From NCBI GenBank assembly GCA_963753125.1, contig CAVWAU010000006.1, positions 77,413 to 141,412 on the forward strand: 64,000 bases of DNA, written 5' to 3'. A program made the position numbers and the translations under genes. Positions 1-9,922 of the stretch are shown piece after piece. This DNA comes from an uncultured Chloroflexia bacterium (GTDB lineage Bacteria; Chloroflexota; Limnocylindria; QHBO01). The notes beneath the pieces are model-generated. The model had not been told where the DNA came from, did not search any database, and worked only from the letters and a program-made list of their open reading frames with translations. Position 1 is the stretch's first letter; each line of letters begins with the position of its first letter.

Positions 1-1049
1 TTCATGAAGTACGCGCTGGGAGCGACGAGCGTGCCTGCCAGGCCGCGGTCGAGGCCGAGCTTGGCGCAGCGGATCGCATCGGTGATGACCCCGGCGCTGT
101 TCGGCGAGTCCCACACCTCGAGCTTGAGCTCGAGGTTCAGCGGCACGTCGCCGAAGGTGGTGCCCTCCATGCGGATGTGGCACCACTTGCGGTCCTTCAG
201 CCAGGGCACGTAGTCGCTGGGTCCGACGTGGACATCGGTCTCGTCGATCTCGTAGTCGATCATGCTGGTGACCGCGTTGGTCTTGCTGATCTTCTTGGAC
301 TCGAGGCGCTCGCGCTCGAGCATGTTCAGGAAGTCGGTGTTGCCGCCGAAGTTCAGCTGGTAGGTGCGGTCGATGCGCACGCCGCGGTCCATGAACAGCC
401 GGGTCAGGACCCGGTGGGTGATCGTGGCGCCGACCTGCGACTTGATGTCGTCGCCGATGACCGGCAGGCCCGCCTCGGCGAACCGGCGCTGCCAGTACGG
501 CTCGCGACCGATGAACACCGGAATCGCGTTGACGAAGGCGACGCCGGCCTGGAGCGCCTGCTCGGCGTACCACTTCGTGGCCTGCTCGCTGCCGACCGGC
601 AGGTAGCTGACCATGACGTCGACCTTGCGCTCCTTGAGGATGCCGACGATGTCGGCCGTCGGCCCCGGCGCCTTCTCGATGATCTCCGAGAGGTACTTCC
701 CGAGCCCGTCGTGGGTCATGCCGCGCTCGACGGACACGCCGAGGTGGGGCACGTCGGCGAAGCGGTAGGTGTTGTTGGGCTCGACGTAGATCGCCTCCGA
801 CAGGTCCTTGCCGACCTTGTTGCGGTCGACGTCGAAGGCGGCCACGAACTCGATGTCGCGGACGTGGTAGCCACCGAGGTTGACGTGCATGAGGCCCGGG
901 ACGAAGTCGCCGTCCTTCGCATCGGCGTAGTAGTAGCGGCCCTGCACGAGGCTGCTGGCGCAGTTGCCGACGCCCACGATGGCGACGCGCACCTTGCCGT
1001 CGCCCGTCCGATGGCCGTTGCCGGCGGCCTTGCCGTTGTTGCGAGCCAC
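1..1049 (-). CDS. ino1: myo-inositol-1-phosphate synthase (3' end runs off window)
   Basis: Manual translation from GTG 1049 (SD AGGAG upstream): [54 protein letters not shown], all MIPS motifs; no stop before position 1. Confidence 0.95.
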   Translation of the reverse strand, partial: MARNNGKAAGNGHRTGDGKVRVAIVGVGNCASSLVQGRYYYADAKDGDFVPGLMHVNLGGYHVRDIEFVAAFDVDRNKVGKDLSEAIYVEPNNTYRFADVPHLGVSVERGMTHDGLGKYLSEIIEKAPGPTADIVGILKERKVDVMVSYLPVGSEQATKWYAEQALQAGVAFVNAIPVFIGREPYWQRRFAEAGLPVIGDDIKSQVGATITHRVLTRLFMDRGVRIDRTYQLNFGGNTDFLNMLERERLESKKISKTNAVTSMIDYEIDETDVHVGPSDYVPWLKDRKWCHIRMEGTTFGDVPLNLELKLEVWDSPNSAGVITDAIRCAKLGLDRGLAGTLVAPSAYFM

Positions 1050-1054
1050 GATGC

Positions 1055-1726
1055 TCAACTCTCCTTGTTGATGGATGCGGCCTGGCTGAGGCGCCAGACG
1101 TGGAGGATTCGCTGGATTACGGTCGCCACCGTCAGGACGGCGAGGATGACGAGGATGCCGATCAGGCCGGCAGTGAACCCGAACCCTGCAAGCGCCACGC
1201 CCACGATGACGAGGATGAGGCGCTCGGTGCGCGGCGCCAGCCCGACGTCGGCAGCGAGGCCGATGCCCTGCGCGCGGGCGTGCGCGTAGCTGACGAGGAA
1301 CGAGCCGGCCATGGCGGCCATGAGGGCGACGAGCGGCAGGACCGGGTCGGCCAGGTTGAGGACCAGCCAGGCGCCGATGCCGATGTAGAGGATCGCCTCG
1401 CCGGCGCGGTCGAGGGTCGAGTCGAGGAAGCCGCCGAACGACGTCTCGCCCCCGGTCGCGCGGGCCAGGGCGCCGTCGACGGCGTCGAGCAGCGATCCGG
1501 CGGTGAGGAGTGCCGCGCCAACGAGCAGGAAGTCGCTGGCCACGAGCACGGCGGCGACGACGGTGATGCCGAGGCCGATGACCGTGATGGTGTTCGGAGT
1601 GAGATGCAGCGCGATGGCGAGCCGGACGACCGGGTTCAGGAGGCCACGCGCGGCCGTCTTCAGCCACGCAGGCAGGACCGATGCGCTGGGGCGCAGCTCG
1701 TGCGCCCCCTGGCCGCTAGCGGACAT
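1055..1726 (-). CDS. CDP-alcohol phosphatidyltransferase, probably phosphatidylinositol-phosphate synthase
   Basis: TPNTIT plus DAVDGALAR...[13 protein letters not shown]-alcohol motif; hydrophobic; directly upstream of ino1. Confidence 0.88.
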   Translation of the reverse strand: MSASGQGAHELRPSASVLPAWLKTAARGLLNPVVRLAIALHLTPNTITVIGLGITVVAAVLVASDFLLVGAALLTAGSLLDAVDGALARATGGETSFGGFLDSTLDRAGEAILYIGIGAWLVLNLADPVLPLVALMAAMAGSFLVSYAHARAQGIGLAADVGLAPRTERLILVIVGVALAGFGFTAGLIGILVILAVLTVATVIQRILHVWRLSQAASINKES

Positions 1727-2078
1727 CGGCCACCGTCCCCCGCGCGTCGCCGGTGCTGGCGATCCCCGCCGTGCCGCCGATCAGACGCGCCTCGGCGTCG
1801 TGCAGCTCCTCGAAGGCGTCCGTGCGCAGCCGGCAGATGACGGTCCGCCCCTGGCGCTGGGTGTCGACGAGGGCCGCCAGGCGCAGGATGCGCAGGTGCC
1901 AGCTGATGAGCGGCTGCGACATCCCGATCTCGTGCGAGAGCCGGTTGACGGGCATCGGCCCGACCTCGGCCAGCAGGCCGATCATGCGCAGGCGCGTCTC
2001 GTCGCCGAGCGCGCGATAGAGCGTCCGGAGACGGCGCAGGTCGTGCTCGACCGGGGTCTCCGCGGGCGGGTTCATCAT
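1716..2078 (-). CDS. ArsR/SmtB-family transcriptional regulator
   Basis: RALGDETRLRMIGLL...SQPLISWHLRILRLAALV...RQGRTVICRL winged-HTH pattern; start 2078 or 2075 (TTG 2096 possible). Confidence 0.88.
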   Translation of the reverse strand: MMNPPAETPVEHDLRRLRTLYRALGDETRLRMIGLLAEVGPMPVNRLSHEIGMSQPLISWHLRILRLAALVDTQRQGRTVICRLRTDAFEELHDAEARLIGGTAGIASTGDARGTVADVR

Positions 2079-2090
2079 CGAGCGCTTCTT

Positions 2091-2109
2091 TATCAAATGC
2101 GGATTTATA
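2091..2109. promoter_or_regulatory. putative ArsR autoregulatory operator (imperfect palindrome)
   Basis: TATCAAAT-GCGG-ATTTATA in an AT-rich patch immediately upstream of the ArsR gene. Confidence 0.4.
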
Positions 2110-2179
2110 TGTAGGAACGCTTATGATTGCCGATGCGCCCGGGCCTGTCAAGGCTGCGCTGCGATAGGATCGGTCGAAG

Positions 2180-2976
2180 GTGACCAGCTCGACGCCCGAC
2201 GCCCTGTGGGGAGCCCCTGCCGTGCGGGCCCTGCGCCCGTCGGCGATCACCTGCACCGAGATCTCACGCGGCCGGCTGCTCGACCGATGCAGCCTCGCCG
2301 TCCCGGTCGGGATGCGGCTCCTGCTCGTCGGCCAGCCCGATACGGCGGCCTCGATGCTGGTGCGGATCCTGGCCGGGCTGTCCCGCCCACAGCGCGGCCG
2401 GATCGAGATCGCCGGCCTCACGGACTCGACCACCGATGGCTGGGGCCGGCGGGTCGCCTACCTGGGTCCGGAGCCTGGGATCCACGCGTGGATGACGCCG
2501 CGCGAGGCGCTCGAGCTCGCCGCGCGCCTTCTGGCGCTCCCGGCGAGCGAGGCCGCGCGACGGGTGGAGCGGGCGCTGGCCTGGGTCCGGATTCCGGCGG
2601 CCTCGGCGGATCGGCCGGTCGGTCGCAGCGGCCCGCCGCTCCTCCAGCGCACCGGGCTGGCGGCCGCGCTGATCGCCGATCCCGAGGTGCTCCTCCTCGA
2701 CGAGCCGCTGCGCGCGCTCGAGGCCCGCGAACGCGCTCGGCTCCTGCGGCTGCCGGGGCGACGGCGGACGGTGGTGCTGGCCAGCCACTATCCCGCCAGC
2801 GAGGAGGGGCTCGTCACGCACGTGGCGCTCGTGCGCGAGGGCCGCGTGGCGCTCCTGGCGTCGATTCGCGACCTGGAGGCGGCCGGGCTGTCGCTCTCCA
2901 TGCGCGGCGTCCTGGCCCTCGCGGAGCCTCAGCGGGAGGCGGTCTCGACGAAGCAGCACCCGCGGCCGCCCGGTGA
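2180..2976 (+). CDS. ABC exporter ATP-binding subunit with degenerate Walker A; apparent frameshift near 2925
   Basis: ABC fold with Walker B LLLDEP. The expected stop TGA 2974-2976 (GTGA overlap with the next gene) is in another frame, so the ORF track reads through to 5233. Confidence 0.75.
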
Positions 2977-3665
2977 GCCAGGCGACCACCGTGGCCCGGC
3001 TCGCCACGCGCGAGCTGTGGATGACCTTCCGCCTGCTGCTCGTGCTGCTCGTGGCGATCGGCGCCGGCGCGGTCGTCGGCCTCCTGCCGGCGCCGCTCCC
3101 CGAGGCGATGGCTCGGCTGGCGGCCGGCCTCGGGCTGGCGATCGTGGTCGCGGCGGCGGTTGCGGCGTGGTCGATGGCCGAGGAGCGCCTCTCCGGCCGG
3201 GCCGGTTGGCTCGTCACCCGCGCCGTGGCGCGCTCCACCTACCTCGTCGGCTGGTACGGGGCACTCGTGGTCGTCGGGGCCGCCGGGCTCGCGGGCGGCG
3301 CCGTCCTCGGCTGGCTGGCGATTCCCGCTGGCTCGGTCGAGGTCGCGGAGTACCTGGCGGTGATCGCCGCGGCCGCCGCGGCGCTCGGCCTGGCGATCGC
3401 GGTCGGCCTGCTGGCGGGGGCGCTGCTGCGGCCGCGCCCCGCGATGACCGTCACCATCGCGGCCTGCGTGATCGCGGCGATCGTCGTCGTGACCCTTCCG
3501 ACGGCGGCCGTCTGGCTGCCCGGCGGTGCGCTGATGCTGCTGGCGCGCGCCGCCGAGCCAGAGCCGATCGTGGCCGATGCGCTGCGCGCGGCCGGCATCG
3601 GCCTGGCGCTGGCCGCCGGCGTGCTGATCGGGTGCCGCGTGGCCCTCGAGCGCACCGACCTGTGA
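2973..3665 (+). CDS. ABC-2-type exporter permease
   Basis: About 6 TM helices; MAEERLSGRAGWLVTRAVARSTY matches the ABC-2 'E..G....L..P..R' motif; GTGA-coupled on both sides. Confidence 0.75.
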   Translation: MSQATTVARLATRELWMTFRLLLVLLVAIGAGAVVGLLPAPLPEAMARLAAGLGLAIVVAAAVAAWSMAEERLSGRAGWLVTRAVARSTYLVGWYGALVVVGAAGLAGGAVLGWLAIPAGSVEVAEYLAVIAAAAAALGLAIAVGLLAGALLRPRPAMTVTIAACVIAAIVVVTLPTAAVWLPGGALMLLARAAEPEPIVADALRAAGIGLALAAGVLIGCRVALERTDL

Positions 3666-5233
3666 GGATCCATCCCGTCGCCGCGTGGGCGGCGCTCGGA
3701 TTCGCGAGCCTCGGCGTGCTGCTCGGTGGGGCCGAGCTGATGGTCGTGGCCATCGCACTGCCGTCGATCGTCGCCGACTTCGGCGGCTGGGCAGACCTGG
3801 CGCGGGTGAGCTGGATCGTCAACGCCTACCTGCTGGCCTACGTGGTGGCGATGCCGCTCGCCGGGCGCGGCGCCGACCTGTGGGGCGCGCTGCGCCTCTA
3901 CGTCGTTGCGCTGCTGCTGTTCGCGATCGGCTCGGCGGGCGCCGGGCTGTCGCGGATGGCCGGGCCGGAGGACGGGCTGACGTGGCTGATCGTATCGCGG
4001 GTGGTGCAGGGCTTCGGCGGCGGGGCGCTGGTGCCGCTGTCGATGGCGCTGGCCAGCCACCTCTTCACCGGGCGGGCGCGGGCAACGGCGCTGGGCGTCG
4101 AGGGGGCGGCGACCTACATCGGCATGGCGATCGGTCCGGCCTATGGCGCCTGGGTGCTGCTCAACTTCTCGCTGCCGATACCCGGCCTCGACGTCGCGCC
4201 CTGGCAGTGGATCTTCCTGCTCAACGTGCCGATCGCCATCGTCACGCTGCTGCTCATCTACGTCTTCGCCGGTGGCGTCGAGACGCCGCGGGTCCGCGGG
4301 AGCCTGGATCTCGCGGGCGCGGCGCTGCTGACGATCGCGCTCGTGGCCGGCATCGGTGCCATGACCGTGTCCGGCGAGGTCGGCTGGACCGATCCGCTCG
4401 TGATCGGCGGGCTGCTGCTGGCGGTCGTGACCGGCGCCGTCTTCGTCTGGTACCAGCTGCGCGCCCGCTCGCCGCTGATCGACCTGCGCCTCTTCGCCGA
4501 TCGAGCCTTCTCCGCGGCCAACCTGGTCAGCCTGCTGACCGGCTACACGCTGGCTACGGCGGTGATCGGCGGCCCGGTCTTCGTCAACCGCGTCCTCTTC
4601 GGCACCGATGCGCAGTCCGCGACCGCGCTGACCGCGCTCACCCTGGCGATCGCCGTCGGCGCGCTGGTCGGCGGGGTCGCGAGCGGCTTCGTCGGCGAGC
4701 GGCTCGTGACGCTGCTCGGGGTCGCCGTCAGTGCCGTCGGTCTGTGGCTGGCCATGGGCTGGGGGGTCGAGACCGATCTCGACCGGCTCGTGCGCGACCT
4801 CGCCATCTTCGGCGTCGGCTTCGGGCTGACCGTCTCGCCGCGCGCCACCGCGGCGGTCGAGGCGGCGGGCGCGGGCGCCTACGGCGTGGCGAGCGCGATG
4901 CTCCAGGTCACGCGGACGATCGGCATGGCATTCGGCCTGGCGCTGCTGACCTCGATCGGCCAGAACCGGATCGACGAGCTCTCGGCGCTCATCGCCGACC
5001 CGGAGCTGCGGGACGCGCTGGTGGTCGAGCTCGGGCGACCGGAGTTCGTCGGCGTCGACCCTCAGGCGTCGCTGGCGCTGGTCGCCGTGCTGGAGGCGTG
5101 GTCGCAGGGCGAGGCGGCCGGGGTGCTGCAGCTCGTATTCGGGATCGCGCTGGCGGTTGCGGTGGTGACGCTGCTTCCAGCCTTCTACGTCCGCGGCCGC
5201 GGTTCGCTGCCCGAGGAGGCGCCGCCCATCTAG
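3662..5233 (+). CDS. MFS drug/H+ antiporter, DHA2 (EmrB/QacA-like)
   Basis: GTG 3662 overlaps the upstream TGA; VAIALPSI...WIVNAYLL...GRGADLWG, SRVVQGFGGG, WQWIFLLNVPI; about 14 TM helices. Confidence 0.9.
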   Translation: MRIHPVAAWAALGFASLGVLLGGAELMVVAIALPSIVADFGGWADLARVSWIVNAYLLAYVVAMPLAGRGADLWGALRLYVVALLLFAIGSAGAGLSRMAGPEDGLTWLIVSRVVQGFGGGALVPLSMALASHLFTGRARATALGVEGAATYIGMAIGPAYGAWVLLNFSLPIPGLDVAPWQWIFLLNVPIAIVTLLLIYVFAGGVETPRVRGSLDLAGAALLTIALVAGIGAMTVSGEVGWTDPLVIGGLLLAVVTGAVFVWYQLRARSPLIDLRLFADRAFSAANLVSLLTGYTLATAVIGGPVFVNRVLFGTDAQSATALTALTLAIAVGALVGGVASGFVGERLVTLLGVAVSAVGLWLAMGWGVETDLDRLVRDLAIFGVGFGLTVSPRATAAVEAAGAGAYGVASAMLQVTRTIGMAFGLALLTSIGQNRIDELSALIADPELRDALVVELGRPEFVGVDPQASLALVAVLEAWSQGEAAGVLQLVFGIALAVAVVTLLPAFYVRGRGSLPEEAPPI

Positions 5234-5245
5234 CCTGCTGCGGGC

Positions 5246-5362
5246 GCCCGATAGATCGGGCAATTTTCAGCATGAGCGCCTCAGATGCGAGATTTCACCC
5301 GATACATCGGGCGCTGGTTCGCATGAGCGCCTCAGATGCGAGATCTCGCCCGATAGATCGGC
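5246..5362. repeat. 51-bp tandem repeat (about 2.3 copies) of palindromic units, REP/BIME-like
   Basis: CCCGAT(AG/AC)ATCGG at 5247, 5298, 5349 and GCATGAGCGCCTCAGATGCGAGAT at 5270, 5321; period exactly 51; lies between convergent stops. Confidence 0.85.
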
Positions 5363-5372
5363 GCGGAAGCGC

Positions 5373-6102
5373 CTAGCCCGCCGGATCGGCGATGACGACC
5401 AGCTCGCCCCAGTTGCGGTTGTAGCCCTGCGAGGTCTGGAGCGTGATGCGCTCGTACTCGGTCGGGGCGGTCCAGAAGGCGCCCTCCGAGCAGTCGTCGT
5501 GGATCTGGAGGGCGAGCGGCGGAGTCACGCCGAAGTCCTCGGGGTTATTGGTCGTCGCGTCCGGGTCGGGGCAGGCGACGTTCGGTCGCACCTCGGTCAC
5601 CGTGTAGCGACGCACGGAGTCGTCGGACATCCGAATGAGCAGCTCGGCGCCGACCTGCACGTTCCACAGCGGCTTGAACAGCGAGTTCAGCGCGTGGGCG
5701 AAGATGTACGAGTTCGTGTTGCGCCCCGGCTGGTTGCCGTTGAGCAGGATGTAGGCGGCGTCGGCGGGCGGGAAGCTGTCGGTCTCCCTGCTCGTCGACT
5801 GCCGGACGATGACGTTGATGCCGACCGACTCGATCTGGAGCTGGACGGCGACCACGTCGTCGGGCAGCGGGGTGGGCACCGGGGTCGGCGGTCGGCTCGG
5901 CGGTCGGGCTGGCCGGCGCGCTGGCGCTGGGAGCCTCGGTCGGGGTCGCCGTCGGAGAGGCCTGAGCCACGGGAGTCGGCGTCAGGATGGCCGGCAGGCT
6001 GGGGGTCGGCTCGTCGCCGAGGTCCATCGACCCGATGATAATGAGCGCCACCCCCGCCACCCCCAGGATGATCGGGAGCGCCCACGAGGAGAGACGCTTC
6101 AC
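5373..6102 (-). CDS. membrane-anchored sortase-fold protein (class F/D-like) with TLxTC>TLQTS; apparent +1 frameshift near 5882
   Basis: N-terminal TM (SWALPIILGVAGVALIIIG) plus Pro/Thr/Ser linker in one frame; sortase domain (QLQIESVGIN, IFAHALNSLF..L, YTVTEV, ITLQTS, LVVIA) in another; -10 TAGACT 8 nt before GTG 6102. Confidence 0.7.
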
Positions 6103-6103
6103 A

Positions 6104-6922
6104 GTGCCGGAGTCTAGCCGCCAGACCGATGCGTCGCTGTCGCGTGCATTGGCGCTGGCGACCGACGCGCTGGCGGCCGAGCCGGCCGGGCTGCTGACCG
6201 ATTTCGACGGCACCATTTCACCGATCGTCCACGACCCTTTCATGGCCGGCCTGGTCGACGGTGCCGATGGCGCGCTGGCCGCGCTCACCCGACGCCTGGC
6301 GGTGGTCGCCATCGTCACCGGCCGCATGCCGCTCGATGCGCGACGGCTGGTCGGCGTGCCCGGTTTGCTGATCGTCGGCAACCACGGGACTGAGTGGCTC
6401 GACCCGGACGCGGAGGCGCCAACGAGCGCGCCCGGCGCCGAGGCGATCGGCCGCGCGCTGGACGCCGCGCTGGCGCGCGTCCCGTCCTTGCCCGGCGTGC
6501 GGACCGATCACAAGGGCATCTCGGCATCGGTCCACTACCGGCAGGCAGCGGATCCTCACGGCGCGCGAGCGGCGATCCTCGATGCGCTGGGTGACCTCGA
6601 GCCGTCTGGCCTGCGGATCGGGCACGGGCGGATGATCGTCGAGCTCCGGGCCGCGGGCCTCGGCGACAAGGGCACCGCGGTACGCGAGATCGTCGAGCGC
6701 TACGGCCTGCGCGGCGCGGTGGTCATGGGCGACGACGTCACCGACCTCGACATGTTCTCGGCGGTCGACGACCTGCGCGCCGCGGGCCGCCTGCGGGCGG
6801 CGATCGTCGCCGTGGGCGGGTCGGATCACGAGGTTCCCCCGGAGATCACCGCGGCGGCGGACGTCGTGCTCGACACGCCCGCCGATGCCGCCGAGCTGCT
6901 GGCTCGGCTCGCCGGTCACTGA
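6104..6922 (+). CDS. otsB: trehalose-6-phosphate phosphatase
   Basis: HAD motifs DFDGTISPI, VAIVTGR, GNHG, SVHYR, DKGTAV, MGDDVTDLDMF; adjacent to otsA. Start uncertain (GTG 6104 or TTG 6149). Confidence 0.9.
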   Translation: MPESSRQTDASLSRALALATDALAAEPAGLLTDFDGTISPIVHDPFMAGLVDGADGALAALTRRLAVVAIVTGRMPLDARRLVGVPGLLIVGNHGTEWLDPDAEAPTSAPGAEAIGRALDAALARVPSLPGVRTDHKGISASVHYRQAADPHGARAAILDALGDLEPSGLRIGHGRMIVELRAAGLGDKGTAVREIVERYGLRGAVVMGDDVTDLDMFSAVDDLRAAGRLRAAIVAVGGSDHEVPPEITAAADVVLDTPADAAELLARLAGH

Positions 6923-6925
6923 CCG

Positions 6926-8443
6926 TCAGCCGGCGAGCTCGGCGAGGTCCTCGAGCTGGCGGCGCAGCCACCAGGTGATGTCCTCGCGCTCCACGCCGCG
7001 GCGCAGCAGGGCCAGGCGACGACGGCGCTCCTCGACGGGCATCGCGAGGGCCGTGGCGAGGGCGTCGGCGGTGCCGGCGACGTCGGCGGGGGCGACCGGC
7101 AGGGCGCCATCGGCCATCTGGTCGAAGGCTCCGGCGGTCTCGGAGAGGACGAGGACCGCGTCGCGCTCGGAGACGACGGCGGCCTCCTTGGCGACGAGGT
7201 TCATGCCGTCGACGAGCGGGTTGACGAGCACGACATCGGCGATCGAGAGGCCGGCGAGGGCCTGGGCGTAGTCGTTCTCGTAGAAGAGCTGGACGGGACG
7301 CCAGCCGGCGCGGCCGAATCGGGCGTTGATGCGGTCCACGGCGTTCTGGACCATGCGACCGTATTGCCCGTACTCGCGCAGGCCGGTGCGCGACGGGACG
7401 AGGAAGGCGAGGAAGCTGATCCGTCCGCGCAAGCGCGCATGGCGCTGGAGGAGCGCCTCGTAGGCGAGGAAGCCGCGCAGGATGTTCTTCGACGGCTCCA
7501 GCCGGTCGACGCGGACGATGACCCGCTCGCGCGTCCCTCCCAGGAGCTGATCGGCGCGTCGGCGTGCGGCGCGTGAGCTCGCGATCCGACGGGTGGCCTC
7601 GACGTCGATGCTGATCGGGTAGACCCGCACCCGCGTCGTCCGGCGCTTGCGGCGCACCTCGCTCAATTCGTAGTCGACGGTCGCATCGGGCACGAACGAC
7701 TCGACCATGCGCAGGAAGTTGTGCGCATAGCGATCGGTCTGGAAGCCGACGACGTCGTTCGCGAGCAGACCGACCGCGATGCCCTCGCGGATCGGCGGCG
7801 CGATCGCCTGCCAGATCGACGACGGCGGCATCGGGATGTGGGTGAAGTGGCTGATGATCGCGTGCGGCCGGGAGCGGCGGATCGGCTCGGCGGCGCAGTA
7901 GAGGTGGTAGTCGTGGAGCATGATTCGCGGCCGCTTGTCCCCTCGTGCCTGGGCCACAACGGCGGAGGCGAAGGCCTCGTTCATCGCCACGTACCCGCGC
8001 TCCCACGAGCGCAGGGTGCTCGCGTCGATCACCGGGCGCTCCGGCAGGTTCCACATCTGGTGCTGGAGGAACCAGAGGAACGGGTTGGCGATGACGTTGT
8101 AGGCGGCCTCGTAGACGGCGCGCTCGGCCGCCACGAAGCGCAGCCGGACCTGGCCGTCGCCGACGGCGGCACGCACCAGCCGAGGATCAGCCGCGGCCCG
8201 GCGGTCGCCGTCGCTCATCGCCGCCGCGACCCACGTCACCGGCACGTGGCGGCCCACCTGGCCGAGGGCCGTGACCAGTCCGCCGGACCCGCGTCGGGGC
8301 CGCAGCGAGCCATCGGCCGCAGACGTGAACGTCACCGGCCCGCGGTTGGTGGCGATGATCAGGCGTCTGTCACCGAGCAGGCTGGCCGCGGCGGCACCGA
8401 GGTTGGCATCGGCCAGGGCCTCGGCGTCGGCGGGGGCTGCCAT
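6926..8443 (-). CDS. otsA: trehalose-6-phosphate synthase (GT20)
   Basis: GSGGLVTAL, HDYHLY, HFTHIP, DVVGFQT, RVDRLEPSKNI, DGMNLVAKE. Confidence 0.95.
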   Translation of the reverse strand: MAAPADAEALADANLGAAAASLLGDRRLIIATNRGPVTFTSAADGSLRPRRGSGGLVTALGQVGRHVPVTWVAAAMSDGDRRAAADPRLVRAAVGDGQVRLRFVAAERAVYEAAYNVIANPFLWFLQHQMWNLPERPVIDASTLRSWERGYVAMNEAFASAVVAQARGDKRPRIMLHDYHLYCAAEPIRRSRPHAIISHFTHIPMPPSSIWQAIAPPIREGIAVGLLANDVVGFQTDRYAHNFLRMVESFVPDATVDYELSEVRRKRRTTRVRVYPISIDVEATRRIASSRAARRRADQLLGGTRERVIVRVDRLEPSKNILRGFLAYEALLQRHARLRGRISFLAFLVPSRTGLREYGQYGRMVQNAVDRINARFGRAGWRPVQLFYENDYAQALAGLSIADVVLVNPLVDGMNLVAKEAAVVSERDAVLVLSETAGAFDQMADGALPVAPADVAGTADALATALAMPVEERRRRLALLRRGVEREDITWWLRRQLEDLAELAG

Positions 8444-8447
8444 CGGC

Positions 8448-9908
8448 CTAGAAGAGGCTGGCGGCGCTGACCTCGAGGAGGCGCAGGATGGCGCCGGGGA
8501 AGACCCCCAGCGCGATCACGCCCGCCACGGAGACGGCGAGGGCCACCGAGCCGAATGGATGGTTGTCGAGGGGCGCGGGCTCCGGCTCGGGATCGCGCAT
8601 GTACATGTAGACGATGACGCGCAGGTAGTAGAACGCGGCCAGCGCGGCGTTGAGGACGATCACCACCGCCAGCCAGACGAGGCCCGACTCGACCGTGGCG
8701 ATCAGGACGTAGAGCTTGGCGAAGAAGCCGACGGTCGGCGGGATGCCGGTCAGGCTCAGCATGAGCACCGCCATCGCCCCGGCGCGCCACGGCGCCCGCG
8801 AGGCGAGCCCGGCGAACGAGGCGAGGCCGCCGAAGCGGGTCGTGTCACGCTGGAGCATGGCCACCACCGCGAAGGCGGCGATGTTCATGACCGCGTAGCC
8901 GAGGACGTAGAAAAGGACCGACTGGATGCCCTGTGCCGCGGTCTCGGCGTCGGGCGCGGCCGCGTAGGCCGCCAGCCCGGCCATGATGTAGCCGGTGTGC
9001 GCGATGCTCGAGTAGGCGAGCATCCGCTTCACGTTGGTCTGGACGAGGGCCACGATGTTGCCGACCGTCATCGTCAGCACGGTCAGCACCAGGAAGATCG
9101 CCAGCCAGTCCGCTTTCAACGGGGCGAGGGCCTCGGCGAAGATCCGGATCAGAAGCGCGAAGGCGCCGATCTTCGGGCCGACCGACAGGAACCCGGTGAT
9201 CGGCGTCGGCGCGCCCTGGTAGGCGTCCGGGGTCCAGTAGTGGAACGGGACCGCCGCGATCTTGAAGGTGGCGCCGACGGTCAGGAAGCCTATGGCCACC
9301 AGGATGCCGGCGTTCATCTGCCCCTCGAGTGCCGCGGCGACGCCGTCGACGCTGGTCGTGCCGGTCAGCCCGTATATCCACGCCGCCCCGAACAGGAGGA
9401 TCGCGCTGGCGAACGAGCCGAGCAGGAAGTACTTCAGGCCGCCCTCGTTGCTGTACCGATCGGTCTTGTGGAGGCCGGTGAGCAGGTACGACGGCATCGT
9501 CATCAGCTCGAGGCCCAGGAACAGGGTGATGAAGTCGCTGCTCGAGGCGAGGACGCACATCCCGATCAGCGCGCTGATGAGGATCGTGTTGAACTCGCCG
9601 AGCGGGATGCGCCGCACGAGCAGGTAAGACGGCGCGAAGAGGGCGGAGAGGACACCGGTCACGATCGTCGCCCCCTTGATGAAGACCGACAGGTCGTCGA
9701 CGACGTAGTAGCCGTCGTAGATCGTCTCGTTCGTGCCCCACACCACGAAGCAGGCGACGCCGGCGATGAGCAGCCCGAACACCGTGAGCGGCGTGAGCAG
9801 CCACTTCGAGCGTCGCGGCAGGAAGAGGTCGACGGTGATGACCACCAACAGGAGGACCGTGAGGACCAGCTCCGGCAGCAGCGCTCCGAGGTCTTCCATC
9901 AGCTCCAT
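8448..9908 (-). CDS. nuoN: NADH-quinone oxidoreductase subunit N
   Basis: EGGLKYFLLG, FKIAAVPFHYWTPDAYQGAPTP, KRMLAYSSIAH, SLTGIPP. Confidence 0.97.
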   Translation of the reverse strand: MELMEDLGALLPELVLTVLLLVVITVDLFLPRRSKWLLTPLTVFGLLIAGVACFVVWGTNETIYDGYYVVDDLSVFIKGATIVTGVLSALFAPSYLLVRRIPLGEFNTILISALIGMCVLASSSDFITLFLGLELMTMPSYLLTGLHKTDRYSNEGGLKYFLLGSFASAILLFGAAWIYGLTGTTSVDGVAAALEGQMNAGILVAIGFLTVGATFKIAAVPFHYWTPDAYQGAPTPITGFLSVGPKIGAFALLIRIFAEALAPLKADWLAIFLVLTVLTMTVGNIVALVQTNVKRMLAYSSIAHTGYIMAGLAAYAAAPDAETAAQGIQSVLFYVLGYAVMNIAAFAVVAMLQRDTTRFGGLASFAGLASRAPWRAGAMAVLMLSLTGIPPTVGFFAKLYVLIATVESGLVWLAVVIVLNAALAAFYYLRVIVYMYMRDPEPEPAPLDNHPFGSVALAVSVAGVIALGVFPGAILRLLEVSAASLF

Positions 9909-9922
9909 CGGTCAGCCGCCCC

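Noticed and set aside
1-1726. Mycothiol pathway inferred from ino1 plus DinB
   Set aside because: No mshA-D in the window; the adjacent CDP-alcohol transferase points to inositol phospholipid synthesis.
2180-5233. 1017-aa ABC ATPase-MFS fusion in the ORF track
   Set aside because: The middle third is Arg/Gly-rich shadow translation over a real permease in another frame. A GTGA-coupled stop exists at 2974-2976 in a shifted frame, so a frameshift is the simpler explanation.
5246-5362. Possible mini-CRISPR array
   Set aside because: Only two copies of the longer unit, variable parts only 3-8 nt, and no cas genes.
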